From assembly GCF_964204645.1 (NCBI RefSeq), contig NC_134028.1, forward strand, positions 248,001-312,000: DNA of 64,000 nucleotides, read 5' to 3'. The notes beneath the pieces are model-generated. The model did not search any database, was not told where the DNA came from, and saw only the letters and a list, made by a program, of their open reading frames with translations. Below, in pieces: positions 11,601 through 26,800 of this stretch. Position 1 is the stretch's first letter, and every line of letters begins with the position of its first letter. Origin of the DNA: Tubulanus polymorphus (Eukaryota > Animalia > Nemertea). Position numbers and translations under genes: made by a program.

Positions 11601-14600
11601 ATAAATAGCCAGATAATTCTGAATCTTTCCACCTATCTATTTGAAATCAGTTCAATACGCCTTAGCCCATCTTTTCAGATTCAGTCCATCATCTTCAGAA
11701 CCAAAGGCAGCCAGAAAATTCTGATTCTTTCCACCTATCTATTTGAAATCAGTTCAGTTCACCCTAACCCATCAATTAAGTTAGAATTCATCATCTTTAG
11801 GACCCTATTTTGCAAGAAAAATCTGTATCTTTCAGTCCATCTACTCGAAATCAGTTCAGTTTACCTTAACCTATCATTTCAGATCGAGTCCATCATCTTC
11901 AAGAGCATAAATAGCCAGGAAATTCTTAATCTTTCGACCTATCTATTTGAAATCAGTTCAATACGCCTTAACCCATCTTTTCAGATTGAGTCCATCATCT
12001 TCAGAACCAAAGGCAGCAAGAAAATTCTGATTCTTTCAACCTATCTATTTGAAATCAGTTCAGTACACCCTAACCGATCATTTAAGATAGAACTCATCAT
12101 CTTTAGGACCCTATTTTGCAAGAAAAATCTGTATCTTTCAGTCCATCTGCTCGAAATCAGTTCAGTTTACCTTAACCTATCATTTCAGATCGAGTCCATC
12201 ATCTTCAGGAGCATAAATAGCCATAAAATTCTTAATCTTTCCACCTATCTATTTGAAATCAGTTCAATACGCCTTAACACATCTTTTCAGATTGAATCCA
12301 TCATCTTCAGAACCAAAAGCAGCCAGAAAATTCTTAATCTTTCAACCTATCTATTTGAAATCAGTTCAGTACACCCTAACCCATCAATTAAGATAGAATT
12401 CATCATCTTTAGGACCCAATTTTGCAAGAAAAATCTGTATCTTTCAGTCCATCTACTCGAAATCAGTTCAGTTTAGCTTAACCTATCATTTCAGATCGAG
12501 TCCATCATCTTCAGGAGCATAAATAGCCAGAAAATTCTTAATCTTTCCACCTATCTATTTGAAATCAGTTCAATACGCCTTAGCCCATCTTTTCAGATTG
12601 AGTCCATCATCTTCAGAACCAAAGGCAGCCAGAAAATTCTGATTCTTTCCACCTATCTATTTGAAATCAGTTCAGTTCACCCTAACCCATCAATTAAGAT
12701 AGAATTCATTATCTTTAGGACCCTATTTTGCAAGAAAAATCTGTATCTTTCAGTCCATCTACTCGAAATCAGTTCAGTTTACCTTAACCTATCATTTCAG
12801 ATCGAGTCCATCATCTTCAGGAGCATAAATAGCCAGAAAATTCTTAATCTTTCCACCTATCTATTTGAAATCAGTTCAATACGCCTTAACCCATCTTTTC
12901 AGATTGAGTCCATCATCTTCAGAACCAAAGGCAGCAAGAAAATTCTGATTCTTTCAACCTATCTATTTGAAATCAGTTCAGTACACCCTAACCCATCAAT
13001 TAAGATAGAATTCATCATCTTTAGGACCCTATTTTGCAAGAAAAATCTGTATCTTTCAGTCCATCTACTCGAAATCAGTTCAGTTTACCTTAACCTATCA
13101 TTTCAGATCGAGGCCATCATCTTCAGGAGCATAAATAACCAGAAAATTCTTAATCTTTCAACCTATCTGTTTGAAATCAGTTCAGTACACCCTAACCCAT
13201 CAATTAAGATAGAATTCATCATCTTTAGGACCCTATTTTGCAAGAAAAATCTGTATCTTTCAGTCCATCTACTCGAAATCAGTTCAGTTTACCTTAACCT
13301 ATCATTTCAGATCGAGTCCATCATCTTCAGGAGCATAAATAGCCAGAAAATTCTTAATCTTTCCACCTATCTATTTGAAATCAGTTCAATACGCCTTAGC
13401 CCATCTTTTCAGATTCAGTCCATCATCTTCAGAACCAAAGGCAGCCAGAAAATTCTGATTCTTTCCACCTATCTATTTGAAATCAGTTCAGTTCACCCTA
13501 ACCCATCAATTAAGATAGAATTCATCATCTTTAGGACCCTATTTTGCAAGAAAAATCTGTATCTTTCAGTCCATCTATTCGAAATCAGTTCAGTTTACCT
13601 TAACCTATCATTTCAGATCGAGTCCATCATCTTCAGGAGCATAAATAGCCAGAAAATTCGTAATCTTTCCACCTATCTATTTGAAATCAGTTCAGTACAC
13701 CCTAACCCATCAATTAAGATAGAACTCATCATCTTTAGGACCCTATTTTGCAAGAAAAATCTGTATCTTTCAGTCCATCTACTCGAAATCAGTTCAGTCT
13801 ACCTTAACCTATCATTTCAGATCGAGTCCATCATCTTCAGGAGCATAAATAGCCAGAAAATTCTTAATCTTTCCACCTATCTATTTGAAATCAGTTCAAT
13901 ACGCCTTAACACATCTTTTCAGATTGAATCCATCATCTTCAGAACCAAAAGCAGCCAGAAAATTCTGATTCTTTCAACCTATCTATTTGAAATCAGTTCA
14001 GTACACCCTAACCCATCAATTAAGATAGAATTCATCATCTTTAGGACCCTATTTTGCAAGAAAAATCTGTTTCTTTCAGTCCATCTACTCGAAATCAGTT
14101 CAGTTTACCTTAACCTATCATTTCAGATCGAGTCCATCATCTTCAGGAGCATAAATAGCAAGGAAATTCTTAATCTTTCCACCTATCTATTTGAAATCAG
14201 TTCAATACGCCTTAACACATCTTTTCAGATTGAATCCATCATCTTCAGAACCAAAAGCAGCCAGAAAATTCTGATTCTTTCAACCTATCTATTTGAAATC
14301 AGTTCAGTACACCCTAACCCATCAATTAAGATAGAATTCATCATCTTTAGGACCCTATTTTGCAAGAAAAATCTGTATCTTTCAGTCCATCTACTCGAAA
14401 TCAGTTCAGTTTACCTTAACCTATCATTTCAGATCGAGTCCATCATCTTCAGGAGCATAAATAGCCAGAAAATTCTTAATCTTTCCACCTATCTATTTGA
14501 AATCAGTTCAATACGCCTTAACACATCTTTTCAGATTGAATCCATCATCTTCAGAACCAAAAGCAGCCAGAAAATTCTTAATCTTTCAACCTATCTATTT

Positions 14601-14702
14601 GAAATCAGTTCAGTACACCCTAACCCATCAATTAAGATAGAATTCATCATCTTTAGGACCCTATTTTGCAAGAAAAATCTGTATCTTTCAGTCCGTCTAC
14701 TC
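2667..14702. repeat. Tandem duplication of a 6018-bp block (59 monomers = 17 trimers + 4 dimers); boundaries approximate
   Basis: Rare variants recur at exactly 6018 bp: GTCCGTCT (2659/8677/14695), AACCGATC (6058/12076), GACCCAAT (6400/12418), ATTCGTAAT (7642/13660). Confidence 0.92.
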
Positions 14703-17354
14703 GAAATCAGTTCAGTTTACCTTAACCTATCATTTCAGATCGAGTCCATCATCTTCAGGAGCATAAATAGCCAGAAAATTCTTAATCTTTCCACCTATCT
14801 ATTTGAAATCAGTTCAATACGCCTTAGCCCATCTTTTCAGATTGAGTCCATCATCTTCAGAACCAAAGGCAGCCAGAAAATTCTGATTCTTTCCACCTAT
14901 CTATTTGAAATCAGTTCAGTTCACCCTAACCCATCAATTAAGATAGAATTCATCATCTTTAGGACCCTATTTTGCAAGAAAAATCTGTATCTTTCAGTCC
15001 ATCTACTCGAAATCAGTTCAGTTTACCTTAACCTATCATTTCAGATCGAGTCCATCATCTTCAGGAGCATAAATAGCCAGAAAATTCTTAATCTTTCCAC
15101 CTATCCATTTGAAATCAGTTCAGTACACCCTAACCCATCAATTAAGATAGAATTCATCATCTTTAGGACCCTATTTTGCAAGAAAAATCTGTATCTTTCA
15201 GTCCATCTACTCGAAATCAGTTCAGTTTACCTTAACCTATCATTTCAGATCGAGTCCATCATCTTCAGGAGCATAAATAGCCAGAAAATTCTTAATCTTT
15301 CCACCTATCTATTTGAAATCAGTTCAATACGCCTTAGCCCATCTTTTCAGATTGAGTCCATCATCTTCAGAACCAAAGGCAGCCAGAAAATTCTGATTCT
15401 TTCCATCTATCTATTTGAAATCAGTTCAGTTCACCCTAACTCATCAATTAAGATAGAATTCATCATCTTTAGGACCCTATTTTGCAAGAAAAATCTGTAT
15501 CTTTCAGTCCATCTACTCGAAATCAGTTCAGTTTACCTTAACCTATCATTTCAGATCGAGTCCATCATCTTCAGGAGCATAAATAGCCAGAAAATTCTTA
15601 ATCTTTCCACCTATCTATTTGAAATCAGTTCAATACGCCTTAGCCCATCTTTTCAGATTGAGTCCATCATCTTCAGAACCAAAGGCAGCCAGAAAATTCT
15701 GATTCTTTCCACCTATCTATTTGAAATCAGTTCAGTTCACCCTAACCCATCAATTAAGTTAGAATTCATCATCTTTAGGACCCTATTTTGCAAGAAAAAT
15801 CTGTATCTTTCAGTCCATCTACTCGAAATCAGTTCAGTTTACCTTAACCTATCATTTCAGATCGAGTCCATCATCTTCAAGAGCATAAATAGCCAGGAAA
15901 TTCTTAATCTTTCGACCTATCTATTTGAAATCAGTTCAATACGCCTTAACCCATCTTTTCAGATTGAGTCCATCATCTTCAGAACCAAAGGCAGCAAGAA
16001 AATTCTGATTCTTTCAACCTATCTATTTGAAATCAGTTCAGTACACCCTAACCGATCATTTAAGATAGAACTCATCATCTTTAGGACCCTATTTTGCAAG
16101 AAAAATCTGTATCTTTCAGTCCATCTGCTCGAAATCAGTTCAGTTTACCTTAACCTATCATTTCAGATCGAGTCCATCATCTTCAGGAGCATAAATAGCC
16201 ATAAAATTCTTAATCTTTCCACCTATCTATTTGAAATCAGTTCAATACGCCTTAACACATCTTTTCAGATTGAATCCATCATCTTCAGAACCAAAAGCAG
16301 CCAGAAAATTCTTAATCTTTCAACCTATCTATTTGAAATCAGTTCAGTACACCCTAACCCATCAATTAAGATAGAATTCATCATCTTTAGGACCCAATTT
16401 TGCAAGAAAAATCTGTATCTTTCAGTCCATCTACTCGAAATCAGTTCAGTTTACCTTAACCTATCATTTCAGATCGAGTCCATCATCTTCAGGAGCATAA
16501 ATAGCCAGAAAATTCTTAATCTTTCCACCTATCTATTTGAAATCAGTTCAATACGCCTTAGCCCATCTTTTCAGATTGAGTCCATCATCTTCAGAACCAA
16601 AGGCAGCCAGAAAATTCTGATTCTTTCCACCTATCTATTTGAAATCAGTTCAGTTCACCCTAACCCATCAATTAAGATAGAATTCATTATCTTTAGGACC
16701 CTATTTTGCAAGAAAAATCTGTATCTTTCAGTCCATCTACTCGAAATCAGTTCAGTTTACCTTAACCTATCATTTCAGATCGAGTCCATCATCTTCAGGA
16801 GCATAAATAGCCAGAAAATTCTTAATCTTTCCACCTATCTATTTGAAATCAGTTCAATACGCCTTAACCCATCTTTTCAGATTGAGTCCATCATCTTCAG
16901 AACCAAAGGCAGCAAGAAAATTCTGATTCTTTCAACCTATCTATTTGAAATCAGTTCAGTACACCCTAACCCATCAATTAAGATAGAATTCATCATCTTT
17001 AGGACCCTATTTTGCAAGAAAAATCTGTATCTTTCAGTCCATCTACTCGAAATCAGTTCAGTTTACCTTAACCTATCATTTCAGATCGAGGCCATCATCT
17101 TCAGGAGCATAAATAACCAGAAAATTCTTAATCTTTCAACCTATCTGTTTGAAATCAGTTCAGTACACCCTAACCCATCAATTAAGATAGAATTCATCAT
17201 CTTTAGGACCCTATTTTGCAAGAAAAATCTGTATCTTTCAGTCCATCTACTCGAAATCAGTTCAGTTTACCTTAACCTATCATTTCAGATCGAGTCCATC
17301 ATCTTCAGGAGCATAAATAACCAGAAAATTCTTAATCTTTCCACCTATCTATTT

Positions 17355-17456
17355 GAAATCAGTTCAATACGCCTTAGCCCATCAATTAAGATAGAATTCA
17401 TCATCTTTAGGACCCTATTTTGCAAGAAAAATCTGTATCTTTCAGTCCATCTACTC
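17355..17456. repeat. Chimeric B(5')/C(3') monomer; further copies at 28269 and 31329
   Basis: ATACGCCTTAGCCCATC (B) continues as AATTAAGATAGAATTC (C); length stays 102 bp. Confidence 0.92.
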
Positions 17457-20210
17457 GAAATCAGTTCAGTTTACCTTAACCTATCATTTCAGATCGAGTC
17501 CATCATCTTCAGGAGCATAAATAGCCAGAAAATTCTTAATCTTTCCACCTATCTATTTGAAATCAGTTCAATACGCCTTAGCCCATCTTTTCAGATTCAG
17601 TCCATCATCTTCAGAACCAAAGGCAGCCAGAAAATTCTTAATATTTCCACCTATCTGTTTGAAATCAGTTCAGTTCACCCTAACCCATCAATTTAGATAG
17701 AATTCATCATCTTTAGGACCCTATTTTGCAAGAAAAATCTGTATCTTTCAGTCCATCTATTCGAAATCAGTTCAGTTTACCTTAACCTATCATTTCAGAT
17801 CGAGTCCATCATCTTCAGGAGCATAAATAGCCAGAAAATTCGTAATCTTTCCACCTATCTATTTGAAATCAGTTCAGTACACCCTAACCCATCAATTAAG
17901 ATAGAACTCATCATCTTTAGGACCCTATTTTGCAAGAAAAATCTGTATCTTTCAGTCCATCTACTCGAAATCAGTTCAGTCTACCTTAACCTATCATTTC
18001 AGATCGAGTCCATCATCTTCAGGAGCATAAATAGCCAGAAAATTCTTAATCTTTCCACCTATCTATTTGAAATCAGTTCAATACGCCTTAACACATCTTT
18101 TCAGATTGAATCCATCATCTTCAGAACCAAAAGCAGCCAGAAAATTCTGATTCTTTCAACCTATCTATTTGAAATCAGTTCAGTACACCCTAACCCATCA
18201 ATTAAGATAGAATTCATCATCTTTAGGACCCTATTTTGCAAGAAAAATCTGTATCTTTCAGTCCATCTACTCGAAATCAGTTCAGTTTACCTTAACCTAT
18301 CATTTCAGATCGAGTCCATCATCTTCAGGAGCATAAATAGCAAGGAAATTCTTAATCTTTCCACCTATCTATTTGAAATCAGTTCAATACGCCTTAACAC
18401 ATCTTTTCAGATTGAATCCATCATCTTCAGAACCAAAAGCAGCCAGAAAATTCTGATTCTTTCAACCTATCTATTTGAAATCAGTTCAGTACACCCTAAC
18501 CCATCAATTAAGATAGAATTCATCATCTTTAGGACCCTATTTTGCAAGAAAAATCTGTATCTTTCAGTCCATCTACTCGAAATCAGTTCAGTTTACCTTA
18601 ACCTATCATTTCAGATCGAGTCCATCATCTTCAGGAGCATAAATAGCCAGAAAATTCTTAATCTTTCCACCTATCTATTTGAAATCAGTTCAATACGCCT
18701 TAACACATCTTTTCAGATTGAATCCATCATCTTCAGAACCAAAAGCAGCCAGAAAATTCTTAATCTTTCAACCTATCTATTTGAAATCAGTTCAGTACAC
18801 CCTAACCCATCAATTAAGATAGAATTCATCATCTTTAGGACCCTATTTTGCAAGAAAAATCTGTATCTTTCAGTCCGTCTACTCGAAATCAGTTCAGTTT
18901 ACCTTAACCTATCATTTCAGATCGAGTCCATCATCTTCAGGAGCATAAATAGCCAGAAAATTCTTAATCTTTCCACCTATCTATTTGAAATCAGTTCAAT
19001 ACGCCTTAGCCCATCTTTTCAGATTGAGTCCATCATCTTCAGAACCAAAGGCAGCCAGAAAATTCTGATTCTTTCCACCTATCTATTTGAAATCAGTTCA
19101 GTTCACCCTAACCCATCAATTAAGATAGAATTCATCATCTTTAGGACCCTATTTTGCAAGAAAAATCTGTATCTTTCAGTCCATCTACTCGAAATCAGTT
19201 CAGTTTACCTTAACCTATCATTTCAGATCGAGTCCATCATCTTCAGGAGCATAAATAGCCAGAAAATTCTTAATCTTTCCACCTATCCATTTGAAATCAG
19301 TTCAGTACACCCTAACCCATCAATTAAGATAGAATTCATCATCTTTAGGACCCTATTTTGCAAGAAAAATCTGTATCTTTCAGTCCATCTACTCGAAATC
19401 AGTTCAGTTTACCTTAACCTATCATTTCAGATCGAGTCCATCATCTTCAGGAGCATAAATAGCCAGAAAATTCTTAATCTTTCCACCTATCTATTTGAAA
19501 TCAGTTCAATACGCCTTAGCCCATCTTTTCAGATTGAGTCCATCATCTTCAGAACCAAAGGCAGCCAGAAAATTCTGATTCTTTCCATCTATCTATTTGA
19601 AATCAGTTCAGTTCACCCTAACTCATCAATTAAGATAGAATTCATCATCTTTAGGACCCTATTTTGCAAGAAAAATCTGTATCTTTCAGTCCATCTACTC
19701 GAAATCAGTTCAGTTTACCTTAACCTATCATTTCAGATCGAGTCCATCATCTTCAGGAGCATAAATAGCCAGAAAATTCTTAATCTTTCCACCTATCTAT
19801 TTGAAATCAGTTCAATACGCCTTAGCCCATCTTTTCAGATTGAGTCCATCATCTTCAGAACCAAAGGCAGCCAGAAAATTCTGATTCTTTCCACCTATCT
19901 ATTTGAAATCAGTTCAGTTCACCCTAACTCATCAATTAAGATAGAATTCATCATCTTTAGGACCCTATTTTGCAAGAAAAATATGTATCTTTCAGTCCAT
20001 CTACTCGAAATCAGTTCAGTTTACCTTAACCTATCATTTTAGATCGAGTCCATCATCTTCAGGAGCATAAATAACCAGAAAATTCTTAATCTTTCAACCT
20101 ATCTGTTTGAAATCAGTTCAGTACACCCTAACCCATCAATTAAGATAGAATTCATCATCTTTAGGACCCTATTTTGCAAGAAAAATCTGTATCTTTCAGT
20201 CCATCTACTC

Positions 20211-23200
20211 GAAATCAGTTCAGTTTACCTTAACCTATCATTTCAGATCGAGTCCATCATCTTCAGGAGCATAAATAACCAGAAAATTCTTAATCTTTCC
20301 ACCTATCTATTTGAAATCAGTTCAATACGCCTTAGCCCATCTTTTCAGATTCAGTCCATCATCTTCAGAACCAAAGGCAGCCAGAAAATTCTTAATCTTT
20401 CCACCTTTCTGTTTGAAATCAGTTCAGTTCACCCTAACCCATCAATTTAGATAGAATTCATCATCTTTAGGACCCTATTTTGCAAGAAAAACCTGTATCT
20501 TTCAGTCCATCTGCTCGAAATCAGTTCAGTTTACCTTAACCTATCATTTCAGATCGAGTCCATCATCTTCAGGAGCATAAATAGCCAGAAAATTCTTAAT
20601 CTTTCCACCTATCTATTTGAAATCAGTTCAATACGCCTTAACACATCTTTTCAGATTGAATCCATCATCTTCAGAACCAAAAGCAGCCAGAAAATTCTGA
20701 TTCTTTCAACCTATCTATTTGAAATCAGTTCAGTACACCCTAACCCATCAATTAAGATAGAACTCATCATCTTTAGGACCCTATTTTGCAAGAAAAATCT
20801 GTATCTTTCAGTCCATCTGCTCCAAATCAGTTCAGTTTACCTTAACCTATCATTTCAGATCGAGTCCATCATCTTCAGGAGCATAAATAGCCAGAAAATT
20901 CTTAATCTTTCCACCTATCTATTTGAAATCAGTTCAATACGCCTTAACACATCTTTTCAGATTGAATCCATCATCTTCAGAACCAAAAGCAGCCAGAAAA
21001 TTCTTAATCTTTCAACCTATCTATTTGAAATCAGTTCAGTACACCCTAACCCATCAATTAAGATAGAATTCATCATCTTTAGGACCCTATTTTGTAAGAA
21101 AAATCTGTATCTTTCAGTCCATCTACTTGAAATCAGTTCAGTTTACCTTAACCTATCATTTCAGATCGAGTCCATCATCTTCAGGAGCATAAATAGCCAG
21201 AAAATTCTTAATCTTTCCACCTATCTATTTGAAATCAGTTCAATACGCCTTAGCCCATCTTTTCAGATTGAGTCCATCATCTTCAGAACCAAAGGCAGCC
21301 AGAAAATTCTGATTCTTTCAACCTATCTATTTGAAATCAGTTCAGTTCACCCTAACCCATCAATTAAGATAGAATTCATCATCTTTAGGACCCTATTTTG
21401 CAAGAAAAATCTGTATCTTTCAGTCCATCTACTCGAAATCAGTTCAGTTTACCTTAACCTATCATTTCAGATCGAGTCCATCATCTTCAGGAGCATAAAT
21501 AGCCAGAAAATTCTTAATCTTTCCACCTATCTATTTGAAATCAGTTCAATACGCCTTAACACATCTTTTCAGATTGAATCCATCATCTTCAGAACCAAAA
21601 GCAGCCAGAAAATTCTTAATCTTTCAACCTATCTATTTGAAATCAGTTCAGTACACCCTAACCCATCAATTAAGATAGAATTCATCATCTTTAGGACCCT
21701 ATTTTGCAGGAAAAATCTGTATCTTTCAGTCCGTCTACTCGAAATCAGTTCAGTTTACCTTAACCTATCATTTCAGATCGAGTCCATCATCTTCAGGAGC
21801 ATAAATAGCCAGAAAATTCTTAATCTTTCCACCTATCTATTTGAAATCAGTTCAATACGCCTTAGCCCATCTTTTCAGATTGAGTCCATCATCTTCAGAA
21901 CCAAAGGCAGCCAGAAAATTCTGATTCTTTCCACCTATCTATTTGAAATCAGTTCAGTTCACCCTAACCCATCAATTAAGATAGAATTCATCATCTTTAG
22001 GACCCTATTTTGCAAGAAAAATCTGTATCTTTCAGTCCATCTACTCGAAATCAGTTCAGTTTACCTTAACCTATCATTTCAGATCGAGTCCATCATCTTC
22101 AGGAGCATAAATAACCAGAAAATTCTTAATCTTTCCACCTATCTATTTGAAATCAGTTCAATACGCCTTAGCCCATCTTTTCAGATTCAGTCCATCATCT
22201 TCAGAACCAAAGGCAGCCAGAAAATTCTTAATCTTTCCACCTTTCTGTTTGAAATCAGTTCAGTTCACCCTAACCCATCAATTTAGATAGAATTCATCAT
22301 CTTTAGGACCCTATTTTGCAAGAAAAACCTGTATCTTTCAGTCCATCTGCTCGAAATCAGTTCAGTTTACCTTAACCTATCATTTCAGATCGAGTCCATC
22401 ATCTTCAGGAGCATAAATAGCCAGAAAATTCTTAATCTTTCCACCTATCTATTTGAAATCAGTTCAATACGCCTTAACACATCTTTTCAGATTGAATCCA
22501 TCATCTTCAGAACCAAAAGCAGCCAGAAAATTCTGATTCTTTCAACCTATCTATTTGAAATCAGTTCAGTACACCCTAACCCATCAATTAAGATAGAACT
22601 CATCATCTTTAGGACCCTATTTTGCAAGAAAAATCTGTATCTTTCAGTCCATCTGCTCCAAATCAGTTCAGTTTACCTTAACCTATCATTTCAGATCGAG
22701 TCCATCATCTTCAGGAGCATAAATAGCCAGAAAATTCTTAATCTTTCCACCTATCTATTTGAAATCAGTTCAATACGCCTTAACACATCTTTTCAGATTG
22801 AATCCATCATCTTCAGAACCAAAAGCAGCCAGAAAATTCTTAATCTTTCAACCTATCTATTTGAAATCAGTTCAGTACACCCTAACCCATCAATTAAGAT
22901 AGAATTCATCATCTTTAGGACCCTATTTTGTAAGAAAAATCTGTATCTTTCAGTCCATCTACTTGAAATCAGTTCAGTTTACCTTAACCTATCATTTCAG
23001 ATCGAGTCCATCATCTTCAGGAGCATAAATAGCCAGAAAATTCTTAATCTTTCCACCTATCTATTTGAAATCAGTTCAATACGCCTTAGCCCATCTTTTC
23101 AGATTGAGTCCATCATCTTCAGAACCAAAGGCAGCCAGAAAATTCTGATTCTTTCAACCTATCTATTTGAAATCAGTTCAGTTCACCCTAACCCATCAAT

Positions 23201-23882
23201 TAAGATAGAATTCATCATCTTTAGGACCCTATTTTGCAAGAAAAATCTGTATCTTTCAGTCCATCTACTCGAAATCAGTTCAGTTTACCTTAACCTATCA
23301 TTTCAGATCGAGTCCATCATCTTCAGGAGCATAAATAGCCAGAAAATTCTTAATCTTTCCACCTATCTATTTGAAATCAGTTCAATACGCCTTAACACAT
23401 CTTTTCAGATTGAATCCATCATCTTCAGAACCAAAAGCAGCCAGAAAATTCTTAATCTTTCAACCTATCTATTTGAAATCAGTTCAGTACACCCTAACCC
23501 ATCAATTAAGATAGAATTCATCATCTTTAGGACCCTATTTTGCAGGAAAAATCTGTATCTTTCAGTCCGTCTACTCGAAATCAGTTCAGTTTACCTTAAC
23601 CTATCATTTCAGATCGAGTCCATCATCTTCAGGAGCATAAATAGCCAGAAAATTCTTAATCTTTCCACCTATCTATTTGAAATCAGTTCAATACGCCTTA
23701 GCCCATCTTTTCAGATTGAGTCCATCATCTTCAGAACCAAAGGCAGCCAGAAAATTCTGATTCTTTCCACCTATCTATTTGAAATCAGTTCAGTTCACCC
23801 TAACCCATCAATTAAGATAGAATTCATCATCTTTAGGACCCTATTTTGCAAGAAAAATCTGTATCTTTCAGTCCATCTACTC
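20211..23882. repeat. Tandem duplication of an 1836-bp block (6 trimers); boundaries approximate
   Basis: Four private SNPs each occur twice, 1836 bp apart: 20407/22243, 20823/22659, 21095/22931, 21709/23545. Confidence 0.93.
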
Positions 23883-26800
23883 GAAATCAGTTCAGTTTAC
23901 CTTAACCTATCATTTCAGATCGAGTCCATCATCTTCAGGAGCATAAATAGCCAGAAAATTCTTAATCTTTCCACCTATCCATTTGAAATCAGTTCAGTAC
24001 ACCCTAACCCATCAATTAAGATAGAATTCATCATCTTTAGGACCCTATTTTGCAAGAAAAATCTGTATCTTTCAGTCCATCTACTCGAAATCAGTTCAGT
24101 TTACCTTAACCTATCATTTCAGATCGAGTCCATCATCTTCAGGAGCATAAATAGCCAGAAAATTCTTAATCTTTCCACCTATCTATTTGAAATCAGTTCA
24201 ATACGCCTTAGCCCATCTTTTCAGATTGAGTCCATCATCTTCAGAACCAAAGGCAGCCAGAAAATTCTGATTCTTTCCATCTATCTATTTGAAATCAGTT
24301 CAGTTCACCCTAACTCATCAATTAAGATAGAATTCATCATCTTTAGGACCCTATTTTGCAAGAAAAATCTGTATCTTTCAGTCCATCTACTCGAAATCAG
24401 TTCAGTTTACCTTAACCTATCATTTCAGATCGAGTCCATCATCTTCAGGAGCATAAATAGCCAGAAAATTCTTAATCTTTCCACCTATCTATTTGAAATC
24501 AGTTCAATACGCCTTAGCCCATCTTTTCAGATTGAGTCCATCATCTTCAGAACCAAAGGCAGCCAGAAAATTCTGATTCTTTCCACCTATCTATTTGAAA
24601 TCAGTTCAGTTCACCCTAACTCATCAATTAAGATAGAATTCATCATCTTTAGGACCCTATTTTGCAAGAAAAATCTGTATCTTTCAGTCCATCTACTCGA
24701 AATCAGTTCAGTTTACCTTAACCTATCATTTCAGATCGAGTCCATCATCTTCAGGAGCATAAATAACCAGAAAATTCTTAATCTTTCAACCTATCTGTTT
24801 GAAATCAGTTCAGTACACCCTAACCCATCAATTAAGATAGAATTCATCATCTTTAGGACCCTATTTTGCAAGAAAAATCTGTATCTTTCAGTCCATCTAC
24901 TCGAAATCAGTTCAGTTTACCTTAACCTATCATTTCAGATCGAGTCCATCATCTTCAGGAGCATAAATAACCAGAAAATTCTTAATCTTTCCACCTATCT
25001 ATTTGAAATCAGTTCAATACGCCTTAGCCCATCTTTTCAGATTCAGTCCATCATCTTCAGAACCAAAGGCAGCCAGAAAATTCTTAATCTTTCCACCTAT
25101 CTGTTTGAAATCAGTTCAGTTCACCCTAACCCATCAATTTAGATAGAATTCATCATCTTTAGGACCCTATTTTGCAAGAAAAACCTGTATCTTTCAGTCC
25201 ATCTGCTCGAAATCAGTTCAGTTTACCTTAACCTATCATTTCAGATCGAGTCCATCATCTTCAGGAGCATAAATAGCCAGAAAATTCTTAATCTTTCCAC
25301 CTATCTATTTGAAATCAGTTCAATACGCCTTAACACATCTTTTCAGATTGAATCCATCATCTTCAGAACCAAAAGCAGCCAGAAAATTCTGATTCTTTCA
25401 ACCTATCTATTTGAAATCAGTTCAGTACACCCTAACCCATCAATTAAGATAGAACTCATCATCTTTAGGACCCTATTTTGCAAGAAAAATCTGTATCTTT
25501 CAGTCCATCTGCTCGAAATCAGTTCAGTTTACCTTAACCTATCATTTCAGATCGAGTCCATCATCTTCAGGAGCATAAATAGCCAGAAAATTCTTAATCT
25601 TTCCACCTATCTATTTGAAATCAGTTCAATACGCCTTAACACATCTTTTCAGATTGAATCCATCATCTTCAGAACCAAAAGCAGCCAGAAAATTCTTAAT
25701 CTTTCAACCTATCTATTTGAAATCAGTTCAGTACACCCTAACCCATCAATTAAGATAGAATTCATCATCTTTAGGACCCTATTTTGCAAGAAAAATCTGT
25801 ATCTTTCAGTCCATCTACTCGAAATCAGTTCAGTTTACCTTAACCTATCATTTCAGATCGAGTCCATCATCTTCAGGAGCATAAATAGCCAGAAAATTCT
25901 TAATCTTTCCACCTATCTATTTGAAATCAGTTCAATACGCCTTAGCCCATCTTTTCAGATTGAGTCCATCATCTTCAGAACCAAAGGCAGCCAGAAAATT
26001 CTGATTCTTTCCACCTATCTATTTGAAATCAGTTCAGTTCACCCTAACCCATCAATTAAGGTAGAATTCATCATCTTTAGGACCCTATTTTGCAAGAAAA
26101 ATCTGTATCTTTCAGTCCATCTACTCGAAATCAGTTCAGTTTACCTTAACCTATCATTTCAGATCGAGTCCATCATCTTCAGGAGCATAAATAGCCAGAT
26201 AATTCTGAATCTTTCCACCTATCTATTTGAAATCAGTTCAATACGCCTTAGCCCATCTTTTCAGATTCAGTCCATCATCTTCAGAACAAAAGGCAGCCAG
26301 AAAATTCTGATTCTTTCCACCTATCTATTTGAAATCAGTTCAGTTCACCCTAACCCATCAATTAAGATAGAATTCATCATCTTTAGGACCCTATTTTGCA
26401 AGAAAAATCTGTATCTTTCAGTCCATCTACTCGAAATCAGTTCAGTTTACCTTAACCTATCATTTCAGATCGAGTCCATCATCTTCAAGAGCATAAATAG
26501 CCAGGAAATTCTTAATCTTTCGACCTATCTATTTGAAATCAGTTCAATACGCCTTAACCCATCTTTTCAGATTGAGTCCATCATCTTCAGAACCAAAGGC
26601 AGCAAGAAAATTCTGATTCTTTCAACCTATCTATTTGAAATCAGTTCAGTACACCCTTACCGATCATTTAAGATAGAACTCATCATCTTTAGGACCCTAT
26701 TTTGCAAGAAAAATCTGTATCTTTCAGTCCATCTGCTCGAAATCAGTTCAGTTTACCTTAACCTATCATTTCAGATCGAGTCCATCATCTTCAGGAGCAT

